The translations under genes were made by a program, and so were the position numbers. From contig JAGRIE010000014.1 in assembly GCA_020443425.1 (NCBI GenBank), forward strand, positions 12,119-76,118: DNA of 64,000 nt, written 5' to 3'. Positions 23,581 to 32,674 of this stretch are shown one piece after another. Each line of letters opens with the position of its first letter. Within the stretch, counting starts at the first letter, position 1. The stretch comes from Halioglobus sp. GTDB lineage: Bacteria; Pseudomonadota; Gammaproteobacteria; Pseudomonadales; Halieaceae. The notes under the pieces were generated by a model. The model was given only the letters and a program-made list of their open reading frames with translations. It was not told the origin of the DNA and ran no database searches.

Positions 23581-24030
23581 ATGGTCAAACGCATAATTTA
23601 CCCGCCGATCTGGCTGTTGTTTGGCCTGATTGCGATCTTTGCCTGTAATGAATACTACCCCGGGTTGCGTTTTACCAGTTTGGCCTGGCAGGTGGTGGGT
23701 GCAGTGCTCATCGTTGCCGGGCTGCTGCTGCTGGTCACCGCCAACGGTTTGTTCACGCGCGCGGGAACAGGCCTGATTCCATTCCGCAATGTATCGGCGC
23801 TGGTAACCGAGGGCATCTACCAGTACACGCGCAATCCCATGTACCTGGGGATGCTGGCTGTGCTGGCCGGCTGTGCGCTCACAGTGGGCGCCGCCACCGC
23901 ACTGCTGGTTCCGCCGCTCTTCGCGGTGATCATCGAAGTGAGATTTATACGCCCGGAAGAGGAGATGTTGCGCGGGATTTTCCCGCAAGACTACCCGGCC
24001 TATTGCGAGCGCGTAAGGCGTTGGCTATAG
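23581..24030 (+). CDS. Isoprenylcysteine carboxyl methyltransferase / PEMT family membrane protein
   Basis: LVTEGIYQYTRNPMYLG, IRPEEEML...YPAYCERVRRWL. Confidence 0.88.
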   Translation: MVKRIIYPPIWLLFGLIAIFACNEYYPGLRFTSLAWQVVGAVLIVAGLLLLVTANGLFTRAGTGLIPFRNVSALVTEGIYQYTRNPMYLGMLAVLAGCALTVGAATALLVPPLFAVIIEVRFIRPEEEMLRGIFPQDYPAYCERVRRWL

Positions 24031-24123
24031 TCAATGGAGCGCCGACGCTAGAACCGTGTTCCACCCCGGTGATGACGGCAGCGGAGTGCGTACGAATGTT
24101 GGTTCAATCACCTGGGAGTTACT

Positions 24124-24375
24124 ATGAATAAGAAATTGATAGCGGGACTGTGTTGCTGGAGCCTGTCCGGGTTTGCCCTGCCGGTTCTCGCGGCGGATAC
24201 GGATCCCCAGCAGTGTCTGGAGTGCCATGAGCCTATTGAAGACTGGGCGGGTATGACAGTTGATGAGATCATCGTGGAAGCCAAAAACCCGGAGAACAAA
24301 CGGCATGAAGGCAATGAGGCGCTGACCGATGAGCAATTGCGTTTGATGATAGGCGTATTGATGCCGCCCAAGTAG
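24124..24375 (+). CDS. Small exported c-type cytochrome-like protein (single CxxCH)
   Basis: Sec-type signal (MNKK...VLA|AD) followed by CLECH; 83 aa; GGGAG-like RBS upstream. Confidence 0.65.
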   Translation: MNKKLIAGLCCWSLSGFALPVLAADTDPQQCLECHEPIEDWAGMTVDEIIVEAKNPENKRHEGNEALTDEQLRLMIGVLMPPK

Positions 24376-24425
24376 TACCCACGGCGCTTTCTGATCCGGG
24401 CCTGGCTGGCCCGGTCTTCCCCCGC

Positions 24426-25463
24426 TCAGGCCCGGTCCGGGTCCAGCCATCCTGACAAGTGGTCGTGCGCGATCGCTGCCAGTGCTTCTATATGATCCGG
24501 TGCGCTGTTCAGGCACGGTATATACTGGTACTGCTCACCACCCGCCGCCAGGAAGTAGTCCCGATTTTCCACCGCCAGTTCCTCGAGTGTTTCCAGGCAG
24601 TCTGCAGCAAAGCCCGGTGAGATCACCTGGACAGATTTCACGCCCTGCCCCGGCAGTTCCTTCAGCACGGCATCGGTGTAGGGCTTCAGCCATTCCTCGC
24701 GACCGAAGCGGGACTGGAAGGTCGTCTTGTACCCGGTCTCGTCCAACCCCAGTTCCTCCGCCACCAAGCGCGATGTTTTCAGGCATTCGCAGTGGTACGG
24801 GTCACCCTCGTCGAGGTAGCGTTGCGGCACGCCGTGATAGGACAGCAGCAACAGGTCGGCACCGCCATTGGCCGCGCGGTGCGCCCGCACGCTGTCCGCG
24901 ATGGCGCGAATATAGGCGGGATGATCGTGGTAGTGGTTGATCATGCGCAGCTCCGGCAGCCACCGGCGCCGGGTGAAATCGGCGGCCAGGGCATCGAAGG
25001 TTGAGCCGGTGGTGGCGCCGCTGTACTGCGGGTATAACGGCAGCACCAGTAGTTTGCGTACACCGCGCTGCAGCATGTCTTGCAAGACATCGGGAATTGA
25101 CGGTTTGCCGTAGCGCATCGCAAATTCCACAATGACCTTGTCCCCGTGCTCGCGGTGCATCCGGGCGCGCAGCGCATCGGCCTGGTCCTGCGTGTGGAAC
25201 AACAGCGGCGAGCCGCGTTCGGTCCAGACGCTGCGATAGGCGGCGGCGGAGCGACCGGGACGGATATTCAGGATCACGCCATTGAGGATGAACCACCACA
25301 GCAGGCGCGGTACCTCCACCACTCTGGGATCCTGCAGGAACTCTTTCAGATAGGCGCGCAGTGCCTTGCGCTGAGGCGCATCGGGTGTCCCCAGATTGGT
25401 CAGCAGGATGCCGACGCGGGGCGGCTGTTGGTGGTCGTAATTCTCGGTGCCGATATATTTCAT
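24426..25463 (-). CDS. hemH: Ferrochelatase
   Basis: GILLTNLGTPD, YLKEFLQDPRVVE, AMRYGKP, LPLYPQYS, SYHGVP, FQSRFGREEWLKPYT, DCLETLEE. Confidence 0.97.
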   Translation of the reverse strand: MKYIGTENYDHQQPPRVGILLTNLGTPDAPQRKALRAYLKEFLQDPRVVEVPRLLWWFILNGVILNIRPGRSAAAYRSVWTERGSPLLFHTQDQADALRARMHREHGDKVIVEFAMRYGKPSIPDVLQDMLQRGVRKLLVLPLYPQYSGATTGSTFDALAADFTRRRWLPELRMINHYHDHPAYIRAIADSVRAHRAANGGADLLLLSYHGVPQRYLDEGDPYHCECLKTSRLVAEELGLDETGYKTTFQSRFGREEWLKPYTDAVLKELPGQGVKSVQVISPGFAADCLETLEELAVENRDYFLAAGGEQYQYIPCLNSAPDHIEALAAIAHDHLSGWLDPDRA

Positions 25464-25557
25464 GGGGGGACGATATACGTTTGCCCGAGCTGTGCCAAGT
25501 GGTGGGTATGCGGTGCTGCCCGCGCGCTTGATCTATCGGGCGGCGAACAGCGACGGC

Positions 25558-26394
25558 TTACGGCTCGCCGGCGTCGTTTCCGGCGTCATCCTCCAGTGTA
25601 TAGCCGGCGGGAAGCTCCAGCACGGATAAGCTGGTCTCCTGCTCTGTTACGGAAACCAACTCCACGGAGGTCGCCACAGCCGCTTCGCCGGACTCGGCCG
25701 GTCGGTACTCCTCCATTTTGATCGGCACCAGACCGAGCTTGGCCACAGGCGCCATGGGGTTTTCCGGAATGGGCAGCGCGATGCTGCCGAGGTCCGCCTG
25801 CTCCATGGCTTCATACATGGCCGAGAGGCTCTTCAGCATGCTGTGCAGTGTGGGTCCGCCCGGGAGTTTTTCGGGTGCTGTGGCACAGATACGGCCGCGT
25901 CGCTCGCCATCGACAAGGCTGTCAAACCACTCGCAGCTGATGCCGGCAAAAGTGCCTGCAGTCCCCTCAGGCACAAATGTGGATTCGCCCGCCACAGGTT
26001 CCCGCTGCGGAAACAGGGCCAGCAGTTGCTCGCGCGCGGTATTTTGCTGCGCCGCCGGCAGTTCGGCTATACGTGACTCCAGCGCCGCCATGCCCGCCGC
26101 GATCTGTTCGGCGAGCCTGTGCACTGACGCCACATCGGATACCCGGTAGGACAGATGGTCGTGATCCAGTGTGTACAGCTTGCCGCTGCCGGCGTCAAAA
26201 ATGCTCAGCACATCGTTGTTGGCATCAACAGTGGCCACCCGGTCATTACCTATCACAAGCAGGCTGTGTCGCTGTTCAGCGGCATGCTGGTCGAAGACCA
26301 GTTGCACGGTGGAGAGTGATTCGGCGCTGTAGGCGCTGGCGGTCAGCAGGAACTGCAGGGCGAGTGCGGGCAGGAAGAATTTTGCAAAGTCCAT
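25558..26394 (-). CDS. Exported hypothetical protein, DUF4412-like
   Basis: Signal peptide MDFAKFFLPALALQFLLTASAYS; beta-rich N-terminus; GTFAGISCEW motif resembling the 'TIAGxxC' of DUF4412 proteins. The ORF-track extension to 26754 is spurious. Confidence 0.6.
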   Translation of the reverse strand: MDFAKFFLPALALQFLLTASAYSAESLSTVQLVFDQHAAEQRHSLLVIGNDRVATVDANNDVLSIFDAGSGKLYTLDHDHLSYRVSDVASVHRLAEQIAAGMAALESRIAELPAAQQNTAREQLLALFPQREPVAGESTFVPEGTAGTFAGISCEWFDSLVDGERRGRICATAPEKLPGGPTLHSMLKSLSAMYEAMEQADLGSIALPIPENPMAPVAKLGLVPIKMEEYRPAESGEAAVATSVELVSVTEQETSLSVLELPAGYTLEDDAGNDAGEP

Positions 26395-26512
26395 TGAATC
26401 CCCTGATCGATTGGCGGTGGAGTGCGCGCAGTGGCGGGGCGCAGCCGATCTGACCGGCCCGTGCGGCAAAAGTTCCCGGTACCGCGCAGGCGGTACCGGG
26501 AACCCATCGGGC

Positions 26513-27541
26513 TTAGCGCTGTTTTGTAGCGCGGGCCCTGGCGCCACCGATGGCCGCGAGGCCACACAGTAGCAACAACAGGGTAGAGGGCAGAGGGACC
26601 GGGCTGCCATTGCGCAGCGTGTTGTAGGCGTATTCACCCAGCAGTTTGTGCGCTGCGGTGGTGGGGTGTACATAGTCCCAGAACAGGGTGGAATCGGCGT
26701 TGGCGCAAGCCGTCTCCTGCGTAAACGACGCGCTGCGGCACTCGCTGGTGACATCGGTGAAACCGTAGCTCGCCGGGCTGCTCAGCATTTGCTCAAACAG
26801 GTCAAATACGTCGAAGTAGAAGATATCAGCCGCCAGGAAATCGTCATGCAGGCTGATCAGCCGGTTTTCCAGGCCCTCGTTCCACGCCACCGTAATCTCA
26901 AACGCTGACTGGCTGTCGGCTGCGTTGCCGGCGAATTCCGGAATTGAGCCGATGTTGGGCAGGTTGGGTACAAACAGGGTGCTGGCTCCCGCCGACAGTA
27001 AATCCCCCAGCATACCCTGCAGTGCGTCCAGCGCGGTGTTGACCTCGTCCCAGGGATCGCTGTTGCCCACCAGACCGCGCACATCGTTGCCACCGATCCA
27101 GCTGATGTACAGTGCTCCCGGGTCGGCAGCAGGGCTGCCGCTGAGGTAGTTGGACACCTGTGCCGTTGCGCTCTGGGCGACAGCGCCGGTGAGGCCGGAG
27201 CCACCGTCCACCAGTGCCCCGCCGTAGGCGTAATTGGTGCCGCCGCTGCGCGATATGCCGAGGTTGTCCTGGGCGACAATGTCATCATTCAGGATCAGGT
27301 ATTCGTGCCAGACGGGGCCATTGGAAAAGCGCCCATTGCTGCCGTAGCCGATTGAGTTGCCAAGTACAGAGCCCAGAAAGCCCAGTGAGTTTTTGATGTT
27401 CCCGGTGTCAGAAAGGCTGTCGCCGAAGACGTAGGCATTGGTGTAGGCGGGTACGGCCTGTGCGGCAGTGCTCAGCACCAGTGTGCAGGTGGCGGCTATC
27501 GTCGCAAGGTGTGTTTTCTGTAGTAGGCGTTGAAACATCAT
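26513..27541 (-). CDS. SGNH/GDSL esterase with C-terminal PEP-CTERM (VPLP-type) sorting signal
   Basis: Signal peptide; blocks FGDSLSDTGN, NYAYGGA, WIGGND, FWDYVHPT; tail PVPLPSTLLLLLCGLAAIGGARARATKQR. Confidence 0.9.
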   Translation of the reverse strand: MMFQRLLQKTHLATIAATCTLVLSTAAQAVPAYTNAYVFGDSLSDTGNIKNSLGFLGSVLGNSIGYGSNGRFSNGPVWHEYLILNDDIVAQDNLGISRSGGTNYAYGGALVDGGSGLTGAVAQSATAQVSNYLSGSPAADPGALYISWIGGNDVRGLVGNSDPWDEVNTALDALQGMLGDLLSAGASTLFVPNLPNIGSIPEFAGNAADSQSAFEITVAWNEGLENRLISLHDDFLAADIFYFDVFDLFEQMLSSPASYGFTDVTSECRSASFTQETACANADSTLFWDYVHPTTAAHKLLGEYAYNTLRNGSPVPLPSTLLLLLCGLAAIGGARARATKQR

Positions 27542-27623
27542 TATTGGCTCCACGGGTTCGACTCATTCGGTGGTAGTGTTGTCTGCCGCTCCGCTGGTCA
27601 GGCAGGGGGCAGGCGCAGAAGTA

Positions 27624-27639
27624 TGCAAAAAATATGCCA
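27624..27639 (-). promoter_or_regulatory. Sigma54 (-24/-12) promoter of the PEP-CTERM gene
   Basis: Minus strand TGGCATATTTTTTGCA matches TGGCAC-N5-TTGCW with exact GG/GC spacing. Confidence 0.8.
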
Positions 27640-27724
27640 CGCATGTCTACATGCCACTATACAAAGCCTTGTGTTCTTTCGCCTCGCCGCAGGAATGGAT
27701 CAGGGTGCTGGATCCTGCCGTTGA

Positions 27725-27741
27725 TGTAAAAAAAACTGACA
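27725..27741. promoter_or_regulatory. Putative enhancer-binding protein site (UAS), possibly for PrsR
   Basis: TGTAAAAAAAACTGACA is TGT-N11-ACA, 85 nt upstream of the sigma54 site. Confidence 0.55.
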
Positions 27742-27907
27742 CCGCTGAAAGCCGCGCAGCCCTTGTGGTTACTGCGTTCGCGTGGGGCAATGCGGTACCG
27801 ACACCGGCGGTGCAGCGCGCGCATGTTGCGCTTGTCGCGCGCCGAAGCGTGGCGCAATGAGGTAGACTGCTCGCTCCATGATTGTGGTTGAAACCACGGA
27901 GGCAGTC

Positions 27908-28207
27908 TTGTCGTACAAACGGATCTCAATTGATGAAGCGAAGGCCCTGATCGATAGCGGGGGCGCCACCGTTGGCGATGTGCGCGCTGCCGATGCCTAC
28001 CTTGAGGGCTGTATCGAAAACGCCATCCATATCCAGCAGGAGACGCTGGATGAATTCCTGGCCAGTGCCGACAGGGACAAGCCCCTTGTGATCTACTGCT
28101 ACCACGGCAATTCCAGCCAGGGCGCCGCAAACTACTTCTGGGAGCAGGGGTTTGAGGAGGTGTACAGCGTCGATGGCGGCTACGAGGCGTGGCGGCTGAA
28201 ATACTGA
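27908..28207 (+). CDS. glpE: Thiosulfate sulfurtransferase (single-domain rhodanese)
   Basis: Active-site loop IYCYHGNSSQ; VYSVDGGYEAW. TTG start at 27908 follows GGAGG. Confidence 0.88.
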   Translation: MSYKRISIDEAKALIDSGGATVGDVRAADAYLEGCIENAIHIQQETLDEFLASADRDKPLVIYCYHGNSSQGAANYFWEQGFEEVYSVDGGYEAWRLKY

Positions 28208-28260
28208 CAGCGGTCCTGCGCCGCGGCCTGAAGCCGGCAATAGCCGGGGGAGGCGCTCTG

Positions 28261-29448
28261 TTACCCCGGTTTGTTGTCCACCCGCGGCTGCGTCAGCACC
28301 GGCACATAGCGCACCAGGAATAGCGAGAACGCGACAATCCAGAGCACTGCGGAAACGCGCCACGCCCACAGGGTGAGTGCAACATCCAGCACGGGTACCG
28401 CAGCGCGCACGATGGCGGCGACAAATAGCAGTGCGAAGGCAACCGACAGGTAGCGGGGCACTTCCAGTGGTCGGCCGGTATGCCCCAGCGAGACCCGTGA
28501 CATCATCGCCAGGATCATGCCGCCGATGGCGCCGATCGCCAGCAGGTGGACCATGTTCTTGCTCGCGGCCGGGTCGCCGCCGGCGGCCGCCAGGCCGAAC
28601 ATCGCCAGCGGGATGCAGAGATAGCTCAGGTGCATGGACCACAGCAGCGGTACACCGGCGGTTTTCCAGCCCTGCCAGCGGGCGAGGCGGACACTGTGGA
28701 TGACGCCGCCGGCGATATAGAGCAGCACCACCGCGGGATGCGAGGCTGTCAGCGGCGAGCCGGCCATTACCAGTGCGATCAGCACGGTGCTGCCGATGGC
28801 GAGCGCCTCAAACCACGGTGGCAGCGGCGGGATTTTCAGGCCCAGCCGGTTGCCTGTGAACAGGGGCGTCACGCGGCCGCCGATGATCACCACCAGTACG
28901 GTGATCATCCATACCGCACCGTAGTGCAGGCGGACGCTGAGGCCCGGGTCGTCGGCACTCCAGTAGCTGGCGCAGTTCAGCGCCGCCAACCCCAGCAGCA
29001 CCGGTGTGAACAACATATTGCGCCGCTGTTTCACCGCCCACACCCGCCGGCTCAGCTCCCAGGTAAGCAGCCCGATAAACAGCATCTCCGCGAGCCACGC
29101 GACGGCCAGGTACTGCGGTTGCAGCCACAGTGCGGCACGGGCGACCAGCCACAGGCCAAACAGCAGTTTCAGGCGCCAGCCGGTGGTGCCGGGGATGCCG
29201 GTCCAGGTGGCGACCGCCGACAACAGAAAGCCGGCGACCACCGGCATCGCAAATCCGAATACCATTTCATGGGCGTGCCACCAGCCGGGAAACACCGTGA
29301 AATCCCAGCCCTGCGGCTGCCACATCCAGTGCAGCCAGCGCGCCATCGCCAGCACCGCAAAGGCGCCGGCCAGCAGGAAACCCGGCCGGAACGCCAGGCG
29401 CCACAGGGGGGCGGACTGGCTGCCGTCTCCCGATGCAGTGTGTTTCAT
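28261..29448 (-). CDS. nnrS: NnrS family heme-copper membrane protein (NO stress)
   Basis: LAFRPGFLLAG, WHAHEMVFGF, GFLLSAVATWTG, IIGGRVTPLFT, MMSRVSLGHTGRPL. Confidence 0.93.
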   Translation of the reverse strand: MKHTASGDGSQSAPLWRLAFRPGFLLAGAFAVLAMARWLHWMWQPQGWDFTVFPGWWHAHEMVFGFAMPVVAGFLLSAVATWTGIPGTTGWRLKLLFGLWLVARAALWLQPQYLAVAWLAEMLFIGLLTWELSRRVWAVKQRRNMLFTPVLLGLAALNCASYWSADDPGLSVRLHYGAVWMITVLVVIIGGRVTPLFTGNRLGLKIPPLPPWFEALAIGSTVLIALVMAGSPLTASHPAVVLLYIAGGVIHSVRLARWQGWKTAGVPLLWSMHLSYLCIPLAMFGLAAAGGDPAASKNMVHLLAIGAIGGMILAMMSRVSLGHTGRPLEVPRYLSVAFALLFVAAIVRAAVPVLDVALTLWAWRVSAVLWIVAFSLFLVRYVPVLTQPRVDNKPG

Positions 29449-29649
29449 GGCGGGGCTTCCGGTTTGGCAAATCGAGTGCTGAGGGTATCCTATGCCGCAG
29501 CGCCGCGAAAGCCGCTGTTCGCGGGTGAAGTTTTGCCGGCGTGGGCTGTCACCATTGCCCAACCCAATGGCGCGGCAGCACATGCGTCGGCGCCCGGCGT
29601 CCATTAGTATGGGTGCCCCTGAATCCGATATCGCTGCGAGAGCAAGACT

Positions 29650-30822
29650 ATGGCACTGGACTTTGATAGCGCGCGCCTCCCCAATCCCAACCTGCGCGAA
29701 GAGCACCACGAATGGCGCACACAGTTGCGCAAGTTTATCGACGCCGAGATCATGCCCCACGCCGACGCCTGGGATGAGGACTGTCACATCCCGCTGGAGC
29801 TCTGGCCCAAGGCGGCGGCGGTGGGCCTACTCGGCCTCGGTTACCCGGAGGAGTTCGGGGGGACTAGCGAGGGTATCGATTGCTGGCACATGTGGGTGGC
29901 CAATGAGGAGCTGGCGCGTATCGGCGCCGGCGGTATTCCCGCCAGCCTGATGGTACACGGCATCGGCCTGCCTCCGGTGATCAACTGGGGGTCGCAGGCA
30001 CTGAAGGAGATGGTGGCGCCCCCGGTATTGGCCGGCATCCGGCATATCGCGCTGGGGATTACCGAGTCGGGGGGTGGCTCCGATGTCGCGCAGTTGTCGA
30101 CCACTGCCGTGCGCGATGGCGACCACTATATTGTCAACGGCTCCAAGACTTTCATCACCGGCGGCATGCGGGCCAACTGGGTGTCGACAGCGGTGCGCAC
30201 CGGCGGCGAGGGCGCCGGGGGTGTCTCGATGCTGTTGATCCCCACCGATGCAGAGGGCTTCAGCCGCACGCAGCTGGACAGGAAACAGGGCTGGTGGGCC
30301 TCGGACACCGCCACCCTGTACTTCGACAACGTGCGGGTGCCGGCGACCAACCTGATCGGTGAGGAGAACAAGGGCTTCCTTGTGATCATGACTAACTTCA
30401 ACAGCGAGCGCATGGCGATGGCCGTGGGCATGGAGGCGCTGGGCAGGGTGTGTCTCGAAGAGGCGGTCAGCTGGGCCCGGGAGCGCAGGACCTTCGGCAA
30501 GCGCCTGGCGGATCACCAGGTGATCCGGCACAAGATCGCGCAGATGAAACAGAAACTGAATGCGACACAGGCGTATATCCGTATATGCTTTGAAGCCATT
30601 GAGGCGGGCACTGCCAACCCGGGTGATATCGCCATGCTGAAGGTGCAGGCCAGTGAGACCATGGAGTTCTGCGCGCGCGAGGCGATGCAGATCCTCGGTG
30701 GCATCGGCTATATGCGCGGCAGCCGCGTGGAGCGGATCTACCCCGAGGTGAGGGTCAACGCGATCGGCGGCGGCTCAGAGGAAATCATGCGTGACCTGGC
30801 TGCGCGCCAGTACGGGGTATAG
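29650..30822 (+). CDS. Acyl-CoA dehydrogenase
   Basis: ALGITESGGGSDV, NGSKTFIT, NFNSERM, RRTFGK, QILGGIGY, IGGGSEEIM. Confidence 0.93.
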   Translation: MALDFDSARLPNPNLREEHHEWRTQLRKFIDAEIMPHADAWDEDCHIPLELWPKAAAVGLLGLGYPEEFGGTSEGIDCWHMWVANEELARIGAGGIPASLMVHGIGLPPVINWGSQALKEMVAPPVLAGIRHIALGITESGGGSDVAQLSTTAVRDGDHYIVNGSKTFITGGMRANWVSTAVRTGGEGAGGVSMLLIPTDAEGFSRTQLDRKQGWWASDTATLYFDNVRVPATNLIGEENKGFLVIMTNFNSERMAMAVGMEALGRVCLEEAVSWARERRTFGKRLADHQVIRHKIAQMKQKLNATQAYIRICFEAIEAGTANPGDIAMLKVQASETMEFCAREAMQILGGIGYMRGSRVERIYPEVRVNAIGGGSEEIMRDLAARQYGV

Positions 30823-30824
30823 AG

Positions 30825-31466
30825 ATGAAGCTATGGCATTGTAACAGCGCGCGCTCACTGCGGCCGCTGTGGACACTGGAAGAGCTGGGCATGGACTACG
30901 AGGTGGAGATCCTGCCGTTCCCACCCCGACTGTTCCAGCGCGAGTACCTGGACGTCAACAGTCTCGGGACTGTGCCTTATTTTGTCGATGGTGACACGCA
31001 CATGACGGAATCTGTCGCTATTTGCCAGTACCTGGTGGATCGCTACCGGCGCTACGATTTCGGGCTGGAGTCGACGCACCCTGAATACGGGGCCTACCTG
31101 AATTGGCTGCATCACGCGGATGCCACCCTGACATTCCCGCAGACGATTTCCATGCGCTACTACTTCCTCGAACCGACACCGGAAAAGCAGGCGGTGGCCG
31201 ACGACTACGCGAAATGGTATATCTCCAGGCTGCGTCGTCTCGATGCGCATCTGGAGTCGCATGAGTATCTGGTCGACAAGCGCTTTACCATCGCGGATAT
31301 CGCCGTGAGCTACGCCCTGTACCTGGGGCGGGCGATCGGGCTGGACCAGCGATACAAGCCGCAGACAGTCGCCTATCTGCAGCGCATGATGGACAGGCCC
31401 GCGTTCAAGCGGGCGGATGAACAGGGAGAGCCCATGCAACTGCCCCGGAGGGAGTCTGATAAATGA
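30825..31466 (+). CDS. Glutathione S-transferase family protein
   Basis: SARSLRPLW, VNSLGTVPYF, MTESVAICQYL, FTIADIAV. Confidence 0.92.
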   Translation: MKLWHCNSARSLRPLWTLEELGMDYEVEILPFPPRLFQREYLDVNSLGTVPYFVDGDTHMTESVAICQYLVDRYRRYDFGLESTHPEYGAYLNWLHHADATLTFPQTISMRYYFLEPTPEKQAVADDYAKWYISRLRRLDAHLESHEYLVDKRFTIADIAVSYALYLGRAIGLDQRYKPQTVAYLQRMMDRPAFKRADEQGEPMQLPRRESDK

Positions 31467-32665
31467 GTGCCAGCGAGAAAGAACTACAGGAATTCCGGGC
31501 CGAGGTCTCCGCCTGGATGAAAGAGAACAACCCGCCGGACCCCGGCTTCCTGCTGCCGCAGACGTTCATGGAGGTCGGCGATGAGCGACAGCTGGAGTTC
31601 CTCAGGGAGTGGCAGCATAAAATCTGGGCCGCTGGCTACCTCGGCATGGCATGGCCGAAGGAGTACGGTGGCCGTGGACTGGACCCGGTCTACCAGAGTA
31701 TCGCCGACCAGGAGATGCGCCGCCACGCAGTGCCGATCTGTTTCAATGTGATAGGCCTGGGTTGGGCCGGCCCGCTGATCAATGACATCGGCACAGAGCA
31801 GGAGAAAGCCCGGTATCTGAAAGGCATCCTGACGGCAGACGATGTCTGGTGCCAGGGTTTCTCCGAGCCGGATCACGGTTCCGACCTTGGCAGTGCGCAG
31901 TTGCGCGCGGTGCGCGATGGCGACGAGTACGTGCTCAATGGCCAGAAAATCTGGACCACCATGGGCAACTTCGCCAAGTACATGATCCTGCTGGCGCGCA
32001 CCAACCCGGATGCGCCGCGCAAATACGACGGCCTGTCCTTTTTCCTGTCGCCGATGCAGGTACCCGGTATCGAGGCCCGTCCGATCCGCAAAATCACCGG
32101 GGAGTTCGGTTTTACAGAAACATTTTTCACCGATGCACGCATCCCGGCCGATTGCCTGATGGGCGAGGAGGGGCAGGGTTGGAAGATCGCGATGCAGACA
32201 CTGCAATACGAGCGCGGCGCCGAGGCGGGCGCAGCCGGTGGCCTGTCGATGGTGCGCGTCACGGTGGACGATATGATTGACCAGCTCGACGGCGTGATGC
32301 GCGACGGCGAGCCGGTGCTGAGGGATGCAGTGGTGCGCGACCAGCTGGTGCAGGCGATCATGGAGGAGAAGGCGATGGTGCTCTGCGACCGCCGCTCCCG
32401 TATCGGCGCGTTGACCAACGATTATCCCGGCTCCCTGCCGCTGTCGAGCAAGCTGCGCCTCACCGAGATGACACGGCGGATGCGCCAGCTGGCCATCAAC
32501 CTGCAAGGCGCCGAGGGTGCGCTTTATGTGGGGGATGATGAGGCGCGCCAGGGCGGATTCTGGCAGCGGGCCTATTTCAACAGTTTCTCCGCGACCATTG
32601 GCGGCGGCACCAGCCAGGTGCAGGCCAATATAGTCGCCGAGCATATTCTCGGTTTGCCGAAGTAG
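31463..32665 (+). CDS. Acyl-CoA dehydrogenase, alpha (catalytic) subunit of the heterotetrameric type
   Basis: WCQGFSEPDHGSDL, NGQKIWTT, TLQYERG, TIGGGTSQVQANIVAEHILGLPK. Confidence 0.9.
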   Translation: MSASEKELQEFRAEVSAWMKENNPPDPGFLLPQTFMEVGDERQLEFLREWQHKIWAAGYLGMAWPKEYGGRGLDPVYQSIADQEMRRHAVPICFNVIGLGWAGPLINDIGTEQEKARYLKGILTADDVWCQGFSEPDHGSDLGSAQLRAVRDGDEYVLNGQKIWTTMGNFAKYMILLARTNPDAPRKYDGLSFFLSPMQVPGIEARPIRKITGEFGFTETFFTDARIPADCLMGEEGQGWKIAMQTLQYERGAEAGAAGGLSMVRVTVDDMIDQLDGVMRDGEPVLRDAVVRDQLVQAIMEEKAMVLCDRRSRIGALTNDYPGSLPLSSKLRLTEMTRRMRQLAINLQGAEGALYVGDDEARQGGFWQRAYFNSFSATIGGGTSQVQANIVAEHILGLPK

Positions 32666-32674
32666 GGGGTGTTT

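Noticed and set aside
27554-27564. GGGTTCGACTC resembling a tRNA T-loop
   Set aside because: The flanks cannot form a T-stem or acceptor stem, so there is no cloverleaf.
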